This document shows positions 21,803 to 32,807 of a stretch of DNA of 64,000 nucleotides, in pieces. The notes beneath the pieces are model-generated. The model made no database searches and had not been told where the DNA came from. It worked only from the letters and a program-made list of their open reading frames with translations. The stretch spans positions 2,528,001 through 2,592,000 of the forward strand of contig CAVTTN010000002.1 in assembly GCA_963737655.1 (NCBI GenBank), given 5' to 3'. The position numbers were made by a program, and so were the translations under genes. Position 1 is the first letter of the stretch; each line of letters opens with the position of its first letter. Origin of the DNA: an uncultured Planctomycetota bacterium (lineage in GTDB: Bacteria; Planctomycetota; Planctomycetia; Isosphaerales; Isosphaeraceae).

Positions 21803-24800
21803 ATGAGGATGCCTCATTCGGACGAGGCCGTGCCCCGCCGCGCACGGTCGTCGCGAGACCCGCGACGGGACAAGCGCCTGAGGACGGCCCTGGAGGTCCT
21901 GGAGGATCGCCTGGCCCCGGTGATCGGCGCGTTGGGCCGGCCCATCCCGGTGGTGATCGGGTCGAGCGACCCGCTGATGGCCTCGGGGACGAACTCCAGC
22001 GGGATCGTCCAGGTCCTGGGGCCGGGAGGCTCCGGCAGCGGGGCCCTGCTCGCCACCGGCCGCGACATCCTGACGGCCGCCCACGTCGTGACCGGCAACG
22101 GCGGGGCCCTGCTCCCCGGCCCGTTCCAGATCGTGTTCCCGACGCCCCAGGCCACCTTCATCACGGTCCCGGCGTCGGCCGTGACGGTCAACCCGAACTG
22201 GGACGGCAACGCGTCCGACGGCAGCGACCTGGCGATCATCGCCCTGCCCACCCAGGCGCCGGCCTCGGCGGCGAGGTATCCGCTGTTCACCGCCAACAAC
22301 GAGATGGGCCAGACCTTCACCCTCGACGCCTTCGGCCAGATCGGCGTCGGGGCGACCGGGAGCACCGCCCCGGGCTTCTTCGCCACGTTCGGGACCCTCA
22401 ATTACGGCAACAACCTCTACGACGGGACCGACCAGGCGCTCACCGCCGCCCCGATCCGCCCGCTGCCGACCGGGACGCCGATCCCCTCGGCGAAGTTCCC
22501 GGCGGGCTCCGGCCTGGTCTCGGACTTCGACGACGGCACGGCCAACCACGACGCCCTGGGGTATTACTACGGCCTGAACAACACGGGCGTCCCCAACGAG
22601 TCGTTCGCCGCCCACGGCGATTCCGGCGGCCCGAACTTCCTCGGCGGGGCGATCGCCTCGGTCGTCTCCTACGGCTTCGGCTTCCCCAACGACCCGCCCG
22701 ACATCCTCGCGGGGAACAACGAGACGTTCGGCGAGATCGAGGTCGATACCCGCGTCTCGTACTTCGCCAGCTGGATCAACGGCGTGATCAACGCCAACCG
22801 GTTCCAGGTCGACCTGCCCGCGATGGTGACGGCCGGGACCGCGTTCGCCCTGACGGTCACGGCGGTGAACGCCTACGGGATGGCCATCCCCGGCTATACC
22901 GGGACGATCCAGTTCTCGACCTCGGACCCCGACCTCGTGGACGTGGACCTCCCGGCGAATTACACGTTCGCGGCCGGGGACAACGGCCGCCACACCTTCC
23001 CCGTGGCCGGGACCGAGACGACCCTGGTCACGGCGGGCGTCCAGAGCATCCGGGCCACCGACACGGTCACCCCGACGATCACCGGATTCGGCAACACGAC
23101 GGTCAACGCGGCGGCCACGGTGGGCCTGGTCCCCCGGCCGAGGAGCCAGGCGAGCCCCGGCACGAACCTGCCGGCAATCCCCCTGGTGGCCCCGACGACC
23201 TACGGCCGGGTCGCGACCGGGACTCCGACCTTGATCCAGGTCTCGGCCGTGGACCGCTTCGGCAACGTCACGCCGAACTATCGAGGGACGGTGCGGATCA
23301 CCAGCGGCGATGCCAAGGCGGTCCTGCCGGCCAACGCCGCGTTCACCGCCCAGGACGCCGGGGTCCACGTCTTCCTCGCCGTCACGTTCAACACGATCGG
23401 CGACCAGACCCTCACGGCCACCGACACGGCCGTGGCGGCGATCAACGGGACGAGGCGGGTCCGCGTGGTCGATCCGACCACCGCCGTGGCCCTGAAGCTG
23501 ATCACCCCGGTGACGGCGACGGCCGGCCAGCCGTTCTCGATCACCGTCCAGGCCGTGAGCCCGACCGGAGGGGTCGCCACGGGCTATCTCGGCACCGTCA
23601 CGTTCTCCTCGGACGACGGCAAGGCGGCCGTCGTCCTGCCGCCGGACTACAAGTTCCTGGCCGGGGACAACGGCACCCACACCTTCGCCAACGGGGTGAC
23701 CCTGGCCACCGCCGGGGGATTCCGGGAGGTCGAGGCCCAGGACACGGTCAACGCCAACCTCGACGCCACCCAGGACATCCTCGTCACCCCCGGCAACACC
23801 TCCCGACTCGCGGTCGTCCCGGCCGGGAACTTCGGCGCCCCGGCCGCGAACGTGGTGGCCAACGCGCCCTTCGGCGTGACGGTCCAGGCCACCGACGCCC
23901 TCGGCAACGTCACGCCCGGGTATCTCGGGACGGTCCACTTCACGAACAATGACCCGGCCGCCGCCGGGGTGGTCGTCCCGGCCGACTACACGTTCCTGCC
24001 CGCCGACAACGGCTCGCACACCTTCCCCAACGGCGTGACCCTGGTGACCGCCGGCGCCCGGACCGTCACGGCCACCGACACCAAGGTCGGCGCCATCACC
24101 GGGACGGCCAACGTGACCGTCGCCGCCCCGGTCCTGGCCGGGCTCCGGGTGACGACCTCGATCAATCCGGTGACCGCCGGGATGGCCTTCATGATCACGG
24201 TGACCGCCCAGGACGCCACCGGCAACACGATCACGGGCTATCTCGGGACGGTCCATTTCACCTCGACCGACGGCAAGGCGGCCGTCGTCCTGCCCCCGGA
24301 CTACAAGTTCCTGGCCGGGGACAACGGCGTCCACACCTTCGCCGGGGTGATGCTGATCACCGCCGGCCCGCAACGGATCAACGTGGTCGATACCGGCGCG
24401 GCGGCGATCCGGGGGGTCGCGAACGTCGTGGTCAACCCGGCCGACGCGACCACCTTGACCGTGACCCCCTCGGCGCCCCTGGTCCTCCTCGGGGTCCCGG
24501 TCGCCTTCACGGTGACGGCCCGGGACAATTTCGGCAACATCGCCTCCGGCTACCGCAAGACCATCGCGATCACCAGCAACGACGCCAAGGCGACCCTGCC
24601 GGGCAACTACACGTTCACCGCCCTGGACGGCGGGGTCCACACCTTCTTCGGCTCTTCGGGCATCGTTCTTGGCACGGCCGGGGCCCGGACGATCGTCGCC
24701 ACCGACATCGTCCCCGGAGGGCTGACGGCCACCGGCAACGTCACGGCCCTCGCCCCGACCGCCGCCGCGACGCTGAGGGTCGATATCCTCGGCCGGGCCC

Positions 24801-25099
24801 CGAGCACCATCGCGAATGTCTCGGCCGTCGTGAACAATCAGGCCTTCTCCCTGATCGTCTCGGCCCTGGACGCCAACGGCCTGCTCACGCCGAATTACGC
24901 GGGGACGATCACGTTCTCCACGACCGACGCCGGTGCGGGGGTCGTCCTGCCCGGGGCCACGATCTTCGCCCCCGGCGACCTCGGCTCCAAGACGTTCGAC
25001 GGCGTGAAGCTCGTGACCCGGAGCCGCCTGGCCATGATCACGGCCACCGACAACAAGAACGCGGCCATCACCGGCACCGGCCGAGTGTACGTCAACTGA
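21803..25099 (+). CDS. Secreted trypsin-like (S1) serine protease with about 7 Ig-like repeats and a planctomycete LExLEDR leader
   Basis: RLRTALEVLEDRLAP leader; triad TAAH / SDLA / GDSGGP; about 100-aa repeats TVTAxDxxGN...YxGTVxF...LP..Y.F...D.G.HTF. Confidence 0.88.
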   Translation: MRMPHSDEAVPRRARSSRDPRRDKRLRTALEVLEDRLAPVIGALGRPIPVVIGSSDPLMASGTNSSGIVQVLGPGGSGSGALLATGRDILTAAHVVTGNGGALLPGPFQIVFPTPQATFITVPASAVTVNPNWDGNASDGSDLAIIALPTQAPASAARYPLFTANNEMGQTFTLDAFGQIGVGATGSTAPGFFATFGTLNYGNNLYDGTDQALTAAPIRPLPTGTPIPSAKFPAGSGLVSDFDDGTANHDALGYYYGLNNTGVPNESFAAHGDSGGPNFLGGAIASVVSYGFGFPNDPPDILAGNNETFGEIEVDTRVSYFASWINGVINANRFQVDLPAMVTAGTAFALTVTAVNAYGMAIPGYTGTIQFSTSDPDLVDVDLPANYTFAAGDNGRHTFPVAGTETTLVTAGVQSIRATDTVTPTITGFGNTTVNAAATVGLVPRPRSQASPGTNLPAIPLVAPTTYGRVATGTPTLIQVSAVDRFGNVTPNYRGTVRITSGDAKAVLPANAAFTAQDAGVHVFLAVTFNTIGDQTLTATDTAVAAINGTRRVRVVDPTTAVALKLITPVTATAGQPFSITVQAVSPTGGVATGYLGTVTFSSDDGKAAVVLPPDYKFLAGDNGTHTFANGVTLATAGGFREVEAQDTVNANLDATQDILVTPGNTSRLAVVPAGNFGAPAANVVANAPFGVTVQATDALGNVTPGYLGTVHFTNNDPAAAGVVVPADYTFLPADNGSHTFPNGVTLVTAGARTVTATDTKVGAITGTANVTVAAPVLAGLRVTTSINPVTAGMAFMITVTAQDATGNTITGYLGTVHFTSTDGKAAVVLPPDYKFLAGDNGVHTFAGVMLITAGPQRINVVDTGAAAIRGVANVVVNPADATTLTVTPSAPLVLLGVPVAFTVTARDNFGNIASGYRKTIAITSNDAKATLPGNYTFTALDGGVHTFFGSSGIVLGTAGARTIVATDIVPGGLTATGNVTALAPTAAATLRVDILGRAPSTIANVSAVVNNQAFSLIVSALDANGLLTPNYAGTITFSTTDAGAGVVLPGATIFAPGDLGSKTFDGVKLVTRSRLAMITATDNKNAAITGTGRVYVN

Positions 25100-25142
25100 C
25101 CCACCCACGACCGCCGCCCCAAGCGGCCGGAGGATTGCACCG

Positions 25143-25874
25143 ATGAGAGTTCGATGGGTTCTCGCCGCCCTCGCCGCGCTGGCCTCCCCGATCTTCGGTG
25201 AGGCGGCGCGGGCCGACTCCGTGTACGACACCACGCCCTCCTGGGACGGCTCCAGCGCCGTGATCGGCTGGGGGGCCGTCCAGGCGGGCGACACCCCCAC
25301 CTTCGGCCAGACGTTCCTCGCCCCGGCCGACCCGAGCGCCCTGACCGACTTCACGTTCTTCGTGAGCGACTTCAACCCCGGCTCGTCCGTCACGTTCACC
25401 GCGTCCATCTATAGCTGGTACGGCGCGCTCACGGCCGGGAATGGGCCCCAGGGGTCGCTCGGGCCCGCCCTGTTCACCTCCTCGCCGATCACCTTCCTCG
25501 ATGACGGCGGCTTCCAGGCCGTCACGATCACCACGGGGCCCGACGGCGTCTCGCTCGACCCGTCCGGCTCCTACGTGGCCCTCTTGACGACGTCCGACCC
25601 CAGCTCGATCGCGTCGAATGACGCGTCATTGGACGTCTACGAGTTCGGCCTCGTCGGCCCCGGCCACGCCCCCGGAGGCGGTGACGGCGGCTTCAATTTC
25701 TTCAACAATGCGACCTCGGCCCAGCTCGACGGCGACCCCTGGGACAGCCCGACCGATTACGGCGACCTCGCCTGGACGGCCCACTTCCGCTCGGTCCCCG
25801 AGCCCGGAAGCTTGACTCTCCTGGCCCTCGGCGCCGCCGGCGCCCTGGCCCGGGCCCGCCGCCGCCCTCGATGA
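25143..25874 (+). CDS. PEP-CTERM sorting-domain protein
   Basis: Signal peptide; C-terminal VPEPGSLTLLALGAAGAL-ARARRRPR. Confidence 0.9.
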   Translation: MRVRWVLAALAALASPIFGEAARADSVYDTTPSWDGSSAVIGWGAVQAGDTPTFGQTFLAPADPSALTDFTFFVSDFNPGSSVTFTASIYSWYGALTAGNGPQGSLGPALFTSSPITFLDDGGFQAVTITTGPDGVSLDPSGSYVALLTTSDPSSIASNDASLDVYEFGLVGPGHAPGGGDGGFNFFNNATSAQLDGDPWDSPTDYGDLAWTAHFRSVPEPGSLTLLALGAAGALARARRRPR

Positions 25875-25913
25875 CAACCCGGCTGGCCCGACGGCCCGAG
25901 GCCTCGGCACGCC

Positions 25914-27253
25914 CTATGGGATCGGCAAATCCCGGAAATCGAAGGGGATCTCGGTCGCGACGGCGGCGACTCCGTAGAGGCGGATCGTCGTCGGCCGGGA
26001 GTTCGGGGCGCTGGGGAAGATCTGCACCCGGTACGTGGCGGACGACTCGGTCCCGGGGGCGGCCATGGCGGTGATGTTGGTGGAGTGGCCGATGGGTCGG
26101 CCGTCGGCGTCCTCGATCTTGAGGTGATCGTCGAGGTTGAACGGGACGTGGAGGACCGCCAGGGTCTTCTGCCGGGGCCCGGGGCGAAGGCGCCGGCGTC
26201 CATCGGCGGGACGCCCTTCGCGACGATCTCCAACGACGTCGGCCGCACCTCGGGCTCGACCTTCTGGATCGTCAGCGAGATGCCGTCGAGCGTCGCGGTG
26301 CGACCCTGGGCCGCGTCCAGGGGGCAGGCGAAGACCTCGTCGAGCCGGACGAAGGCCAGGACGGGCACGTCCCCTCGGAACCGGGCGATCGTCCGGCCTC
26401 GGTCCTCGGGCAGGCTCAGGGGGAGCCGGTAGGTGAAGGCTTGGCCGTCGGGCCGGTCCCACTGGCGGAACGAGAAGTTGTAGTGGTTCGTGGTCGGGTC
26501 GGCCGTGCTGGTCGGGCGGAGGTCGCGGCCCCGATCGTCGGTCGCCTCGACGATCCGGGCCGATCCGTTGATCTGGAGGCAGATCCCGGGCTCGGCCACG
26601 ACGTCCAGGCGGGCCGTGAAGCTCTCGCGGACCCTGGGTTCGAGCGGCGGCCTGACCTGCTCGACCTCGCGATGGCGGTTCAGCGAGGCGAGGGTCAGGT
26701 GGAACGGGCCCGCCCGCGAGATCGGCGGCGGGGGGCCTTCCCGGGGGACGAGGCGGGCGGATTGCGTCTTCAGGGGCGGATACGCGTAAACCGGCGTGAC
26801 CTCCACGCGGAACCCGCCGAGTTCCCCCAGCCGGTCCACGGCCTCCCAGAAGCCGATGGGCGAGCCGGGCTTGAGGCTCACTCGCCGCCCCTTCCACGGG
26901 GCATCCTTCGCGTCGTCGAGCACCAGGCCGAGGCCGGTCCGGGCCGAGAGATCGGCCACGGCGTCGCTCACCGGGCGGTCGTCGAAGTCGAGGGAGACCG
27001 GGGTGGGGCGGAGGAGCCGGAGGGTGCCGATCCTCTCGATCAGGTCGGCGGCGATCGAGCGGACCTCGGGCGAGCCGGTGCGGGCAAGCGCCCGAAGGAG
27101 CGGCAGGGCACCCAGGCCGCGGGCCTCCAGCTCGTCGGCCGCCGCGTCCCGATCGGCCGCGGCCGGGGCGGAGAGTCGGGCCGCCCAGGCCGAGGTGTCC
27201 GGGTCCTCGGGCGAGGCGAACAGGGCGAGCAGGACCAGGGGGAGGAGGTTCAT
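25914..27253 (-). CDS. Secreted hypothetical protein, paralog 3 of a tandem trio; frameshift near 26180
   Basis: Signal peptide, HEAT-like hairpin, LDFDDRP..FWEAVDRL, EATDDRGRDL; C-terminus EIPFDFRDLPIP in the second frame. Confidence 0.75.
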
Positions 27254-27294
27254 CGCGACGGGGACTCCGGCGGGGCCCGAGGGCCTTCGATCAA

Positions 27295-28457
27295 TCAATA
27301 GGGAAGCGGCAGATTCGTGAATTCGAAGGGGATGTCAAAGCGTTTCCAGTCCGGGGCGCGAAGCCGGATCTGCACCGGCGACGAGGAGAGGCCGGGGGCA
27401 TAGGAGAACGTCGCCCGCAGCTCGGGCCCGAGGACCAGCGCCCGCTCCCGGTCTGGACCGGACGCCCCTCGGCGTCGGCGATCTCGATCTGGGAGAGGAG
27501 GACCTGGGCCCGATCGTTCCTCAAGGGCTGGCCGCGGGCTCCGGCCGGTTTCGAGGGGTCGATCTCCCGGGCCGAGATCCCGATCGTCAGGCCGCCGTTG
27601 GCCAGGAACTCGAACTGATCGACGTGGACCATCATCCTCCCGGATCGGTAGGACCGGGTCAGCCCGGAGAGCAGCGGGAACGTTAGGGACGGCTCGGTCG
27701 GGGAGATGCCGACTTCCGCCGGGATCGTCCCCCGGAGCACGGCCAGCGTCTTGCCGGGCGCCTCCGGCTTCCTCAGGCGGACCCGGAGGATCGTGCTCCC
27801 TCGGATCGGCTCGCTGATCGGGACGCCCGAGATCGCCTGGGGATCGGGCGTCTCGGTGTCGATCAGGGATTGGCCGAGGTCGTCGCGGGCCTCCACGGCC
27901 GAGAGCGGGCCGGTGCGGACGGCCAGGATTCGCGGCTCGGGCTGGACCGGGAACTCGGCGAAGAACGGCCCGGCCGGGCGATCGGCGCGGAAGGCCAGGG
28001 GCGAGGTCTTGACGAACTCGGTGTCGTAATTGGCGTGGAGCTTCAGGGCGCCGATGCGGAAGGGCCCGCGATACTGCGCCGGGCCGATCGAGGCCGAGCC
28101 GACCGGGCCGAAGCCGCCCCCCCAGAGCGCGATGTAGGGCCGCGGGTTGCCCGTCGCCCCGCCGTCCAGGACGTTGCGCTGGACCTTCGCGGCCTCGCAG
28201 AGCCGGTCCAGGGCGTCCCAGAACGGCACGGGTTCGGCGCTTTCCAGGGTGATCCGCGAGGGGGGGCCGCCGGGCACCTCGGGCTGGATCGGGATCTGGA
28301 CTTGCAGGGTGTTGCCGCTTCGCTGGCTGATCGCCTGGGCGACCTCGGCGGCGAGCTTGTCCTTGAAGTCCAGGACCACCAGGGCCGGCCGGGTCGGATC
28401 GGGCGCCGGCCCTCCGGCGGCGATCGCCAGGGCGAGCAGGACGGGGGCGAAGGGCAT
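27295..28457 (-). CDS. Secreted hypothetical protein, paralog 2; probable frameshift near 27440
   Basis: LDFKDK..FWDALDRL, EARDDLGQSL; the alternative frame ends DIPFEFTNLPLPY* like the paralogs. Confidence 0.75.
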
Positions 28458-28484
28458 GCGGGGGCCTCGTTCGTGCGGTCTCGG

Positions 28485-29879
28485 TCAGGGCATCGGCACA
28501 TTCGCGAACGAGAACGGGACGTCGATCGTCGCCCAGGTGGCTCCGGAATACCTCGCCTCCTCGGGGGGGCCGGTCCCCTCGGGCGCGTCGATCCAGAATT
28601 GCGAGCGCTGGCCCTGGCCGGCGGCGTTGCCGTTGAGGTCCACGACCAGGCAGGTCCGGCCCCGGGCGTCGACGAAGGTGATCTGCCCTCGGGCCGTCGG
28701 CGGCGGCCGGAGGATGGCCCGGGGGTCGTAGCCGAAATTCTGGCCGACCTCGTCGGGAGACGTGAGGGTCAGGTCCACGGTCGTCCCTCGACCGTTGGGG
28801 CCGGTCTTCACCGAATGGATCGTCAGCGAGACCTCGCCCGATCGGCCGACGGCCTCGGGGCCCCTGTCCTTCGCGGGCAAGGGGATGACCAGCGAGTCTC
28901 GCCTCCGCCCCACGACGGTCAGGCGGACGGTCCCCCGGAGGCGGGCCAGGCTCTTCGCGGTCCCGTCGGGGTAGGTCAGCGGGACGCTCATCACGCCGCT
29001 CGGGGCGTTGCCGTTGACGTTGCCATTCTGCCAGACCATCCCCGGCCCCGGGGGACCGCTCGGCGGGGGGGCGGGGCCGGCCTCCTGGAGCGAATTGCCG
29101 CGATCATCGACGGCCTCGATCACCCGGACCTCGCCGACCCGGGCGAGCTGGACCCCGGGCTCGGGCTGGACCGAGAACTGCACGGAAAATCGCGCCGAAT
29201 CGGCCGGCCCTCCTACCCCCCGGGCCGCCTGGACGAAGTCGCGGAACCGGTCGAGCCTCAGGGCCGTCAGCGAGAACCGGAAGGCGCCCGAGTCGAACGT
29301 CGGGGCGGCCGGCGAGGGGTCGTCGGGCCTCAGGAGCAGCTCCTGGCCGGTCAGGGCGCGCCTCCGGGCCTGCCCCATCCCGTTGAATCGCCTCCGGGCG
29401 TTCCAGGTCTCGACGGCCGAACCGGGCCGGAGCCCGGCGGCCTTGCTCAGGGCGTCGATGGCCTTCCAGAACGTCACCGGCTCGTCGGCCACGAGGGTGA
29501 TCCGCCGAGCCTTCCATCGCGGGTCATTCTCCGGCTCCAGGGCGAGTTGACGGCCGGTCCTCTCGGCCAGGGCCTCGACGACCTCGGCGATGGTCCGTTC
29601 GCGGAAGTCCAGGCGGACCACGCTGGGGCGAACCAGCGCGCCCCCGTCGATGGCGTCCATCAGGGCGGCGGCCCTCATCCGCCGTTCCAGGTCGGGGGAT
29701 TCGCGGGCCTCTCGCAGGGCGGGCATCGCGACCTCGCCCAGGGCCGCGAGCCTGGCCTCGGCGGCGGCCCTCTCCGAGGTCCTCGGCGACGTGAGCTTCG
29801 CCACGAGGTCCGCGACGTCGGGCACGTCGGCCGGAGGGGCGGCGGCCAGGCTCAGAAGGATCAGGCAAACGGACGTCAT
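28485..29879 (-). CDS. Secreted hypothetical protein, paralog 1
   Basis: Signal peptide, HEAT-like hairpin, LDFRERT..FWKAIDAL, EAVDDRGNSL, DVPFSFANVPMP. Confidence 0.8.
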   Translation of the reverse strand: MTSVCLILLSLAAAPPADVPDVADLVAKLTSPRTSERAAAEARLAALGEVAMPALREARESPDLERRMRAAALMDAIDGGALVRPSVVRLDFRERTIAEVVEALAERTGRQLALEPENDPRWKARRITLVADEPVTFWKAIDALSKAAGLRPGSAVETWNARRRFNGMGQARRRALTGQELLLRPDDPSPAAPTFDSGAFRFSLTALRLDRFRDFVQAARGVGGPADSARFSVQFSVQPEPGVQLARVGEVRVIEAVDDRGNSLQEAGPAPPPSGPPGPGMVWQNGNVNGNAPSGVMSVPLTYPDGTAKSLARLRGTVRLTVVGRRRDSLVIPLPAKDRGPEAVGRSGEVSLTIHSVKTGPNGRGTTVDLTLTSPDEVGQNFGYDPRAILRPPPTARGQITFVDARGRTCLVVDLNGNAAGQGQRSQFWIDAPEGTGPPEEARYSGATWATIDVPFSFANVPMP

Positions 29880-30011
29880 CCCGCGATCTCCCCGAGGCCT
29901 CCGGTCGCCCCACCCGTCCCAGGATAGACGATCGGACCCGGGCCCGCCAAGCGCCCGAGCAGCGGGAGGACTCGCTCGATCGGCTCGCGAATTCGTCCGA
30001 TCGGCCCCCGG

Positions 30012-30350
30012 TCACTCGGCGAGGTCGTCCGCCCGCCGCGACGGCTTCGCCTTCGCCTCCGTCCCGCCGAACCACCTGGCCATCAGGATCATCGTCAGCA
30101 CCAGAAGGATGCAGGCCGCGAACAATCCGAAAAAAAGGCCACCCTGCCACGGGCGGACGAAATAGGTCGGCCCCCCCTTGAGGTGGAATGGCATGGAATG
30201 GTCGCGGTCCGCGACCGGGCTCGCCCAGCGTTCGACGGTCAGGAGGACGAGGAACATCGGGATGAAGCAGACGAAATACAGGACCGAGAGCGTCTTGTAG
30301 ACGAGCCGGGCCCGGCCCGGGAGCGAGTTCGGGTCGATCTGGAGAGCCAT
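30012..30350 (-). CDS. Small 2-TM membrane protein
   Basis: MALQIDPN...; two hydrophobic helices. Confidence 0.6.
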   Translation of the reverse strand: MALQIDPNSLPGRARLVYKTLSVLYFVCFIPMFLVLLTVERWASPVADRDHSMPFHLKGGPTYFVRPWQGGLFFGLFAACILLVLTMILMARWFGGTEAKAKPSRRADDLAE

Positions 30351-30581
30351 GGGCGATTCCCGGTCGCGCTCGGGCCGAGAAGTCGGGAAAAGGGGGATGC
30401 GCCGGTCCGGTCCAGGATAGGTCCTCCCGCCCCGGGGAGACAAGACGGGTCGAGCGAACACCGGCCGCCGCCCCGGGCCATTGAAGCCCCGGGGCCGTCG
30501 GGGTACGCTCGTCGGTCGTCGCGGAGGCGGTCCCGTCGCGGGCCCGTCGCCGATCCGTCGATCCGGCCCGCCGAGCCCGTC

Positions 30582-32807
30582 ATGATCCGTCCTCCGCTCG
30601 CCCCGGTCCTCCTCCTGGTCGGAGCCCTCGCGATGCCCTCTCCCGGCGAGGAGGCCCCCTCGCCCGGCCGGATCTCGGCCGACGCCGTGGCCCGGCTGCC
30701 GTTCCCGGGCACCGTCGTCCCCGGGGCGATCGGCTTCGGGCCCGACGGCAAGACCGTCTCGTTCCTGAAATCCGAGGACAACTCGCTGAACCGGGTCCTC
30801 TGGAGGGCCGAGGTCGGCAAGGACGCCAAACCCCGGGTGATCGCCCGGCCCCCCGGAGGCGGCGACACCGACGCGAACGTCTCGAAGGAAGAACAGCTCC
30901 GCCGGGAGCGCCAGAGGCTCCGGGACACCGGGATCACCCAGGTCGTCCGCGCCGAAGGGGCCGACGTCGTCGTGATCCCGCTCGGCGGCGATGTTTATTT
31001 GCAGAAAGATGGTGGAGAACTCAAGCGGTTGACCTCGACCGAGGCCCCGGAGATCGACCCGAAGCCCAGTCGCGACGGCTCGAAGGTCGCCTACGTCCGG
31101 GGCGGGGAGCTGTTCGTCGTGGACGTGGCGACGGGCCGCGAGACCCAGCTTTCCCGGGGGGCCGCCGACGGCGTGACCCACGGCCTGGCCGAGTTCATCG
31201 CCCAGGAGGAGCTCGGCCGCTTCTCCGGCTTCTGGTGGTCGCCCGACGGCTCGTCGATCGCCTATCAGCAGACCGACGAGCGGCACGTCCCCCTCTTCAC
31301 GATCGCCCATCAGGGCGGGCCCGAGTTCTCGACCGAGACGCACCGCTACCCGTTCGCCGGCAAGGACAACGCCTCGGTCCGCCTCGGGGTGGTCTCGGTG
31401 ACCGGAGGGGCGACGACCTGGCTCTCCCTGGCCGAGCCGAACGAGGATTTCTACCTCGCCCGGGTCGATTGGGAAGACGCCGGAAACCTGCTCGTCCAGG
31501 TCCTGCCGAGGGACCAGAAATCGCTGCGATTGCTGAGGATCGACGTCGCCTCGGGAGAGCGGACGACCCTCCTGGAGGAGCGATCGGCCTCGTTCGTCAA
31601 CTTGCACAACGATTTACGCGTCTTGCCCGACACGGGAGAGATCCTGTGGTCGTCGGAACGGACCGGATTCCGCCACCTGGAGTTGCGAGGGGAGGACGGC
31701 GAGCTCCTCCGCACCCTGACCTCCGGCGAGTGGCCCGTGGACGCGGTGCTCGGGGCCTCGAAGACGCGGCGGGAGGTCTGGTTCGCGGCGGGCCGAGAAA
31801 GCCCGTTGCGGGCCGATGTCTACCGGGTGTCGCTCGACGGCGGCCCGATCGTCAAGGTCACGGACGAGCCCGGGACTCACAAGGCGGTCGTCTCGCCCGA
31901 CGGCGAATTCTTCGTCGATACGTTCTCCAACCTCGAAAAGCCGCCGGTCACGACCCTCCGAGACCGGGCCGGCAAGGTCCTGGCGACCCTGGACGACGCC
32001 TCGGCCGACCCCCGGCTCCGCGAATTCCGACTGTCGCCGCCCCGCCTGACCGAATTCAAGAACCGCGATGGCGAGACGCTTTTCGGGGCCTACTATGCCC
32101 CGATCGGGGCCCCGGCCGGCAAGAAAGCCCCGCTCGTGGTCATGGTCTACGGAGGCCCTCACGTCCAGACCGTGACCGATTCCTGGGCCCTCTCGGCCGA
32201 TCTCTCCGCGCAGTTCCTCGCGTCCCAGGGATTCGCGGTCTGGAAGGCCGACAACCGAGGTTCGAGCCGTCGCGGGCTGGCGTTCGAGTCGGCCCTGAAT
32301 CGCCGGATGGGCGAGGTGGAGGTCCGCGACCAGCAAGACGGCGTGAAGTTCGTGGCGGCGAGCCAGCCCGACGCCGATCCCTCGCGGGTCGGCATCACCG
32401 GAGGGAGCTACGGCGGCTACATGACGCTTCGGTGTCTCCTGCTCGCCCCCGAAACCTTCCACGTCGGCGTGTCGGTCGCCCCGGTGACGGACTGGGACGG
32501 CTACGACACCGGCTATACCGAGCGCTACATGGGCACCCCGGAGAACAACCCGGAGGGCTACCGCGAATCGTCGGCCCTGACCCATGCCGGGAAGCTCCGG
32601 GGCGACCTGCTGGTGATCCACGGGATGCTCGACGAGAACGTGCATTTCCGCCACTCGGCGAGGTTGACCAGCGCCCTGGTCGCGGCCGATCGCCCGTTCG
32701 CGATCCTGCCGATCCCCAACGAGCGGCACTCCTCGCGCAAGGTCCCCGAGCGGAAATACGTCGCGGAGAAGACGGCCGAGTTCTTCCGGAGGCTCACCGA
32801 GCGATGA
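30582..32807 (+). CDS. Dipeptidyl peptidase IV (S9B family)
   Basis: DPPIV N-terminal propeller, YGGP, GGSYGG nucleophile, TERYMG, HGMLDENVH. Confidence 0.93.
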   Translation: MIRPPLAPVLLLVGALAMPSPGEEAPSPGRISADAVARLPFPGTVVPGAIGFGPDGKTVSFLKSEDNSLNRVLWRAEVGKDAKPRVIARPPGGGDTDANVSKEEQLRRERQRLRDTGITQVVRAEGADVVVIPLGGDVYLQKDGGELKRLTSTEAPEIDPKPSRDGSKVAYVRGGELFVVDVATGRETQLSRGAADGVTHGLAEFIAQEELGRFSGFWWSPDGSSIAYQQTDERHVPLFTIAHQGGPEFSTETHRYPFAGKDNASVRLGVVSVTGGATTWLSLAEPNEDFYLARVDWEDAGNLLVQVLPRDQKSLRLLRIDVASGERTTLLEERSASFVNLHNDLRVLPDTGEILWSSERTGFRHLELRGEDGELLRTLTSGEWPVDAVLGASKTRREVWFAAGRESPLRADVYRVSLDGGPIVKVTDEPGTHKAVVSPDGEFFVDTFSNLEKPPVTTLRDRAGKVLATLDDASADPRLREFRLSPPRLTEFKNRDGETLFGAYYAPIGAPAGKKAPLVVMVYGGPHVQTVTDSWALSADLSAQFLASQGFAVWKADNRGSSRRGLAFESALNRRMGEVEVRDQQDGVKFVAASQPDADPSRVGITGGSYGGYMTLRCLLLAPETFHVGVSVAPVTDWDGYDTGYTERYMGTPENNPEGYRESSALTHAGKLRGDLLVIHGMLDENVHFRHSARLTSALVAADRPFAILPIPNERHSSRKVPERKYVAEKTAEFFRRLTER

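Noticed and set aside
21569..25408. Long antisense or alternative-frame ORFs (this 1279-aa one, also 7762-10347, 14070-16391, 43339-45999 and others)
   Set aside because: Shadow ORFs typical of high-GC DNA, lying over genes with clear motifs.
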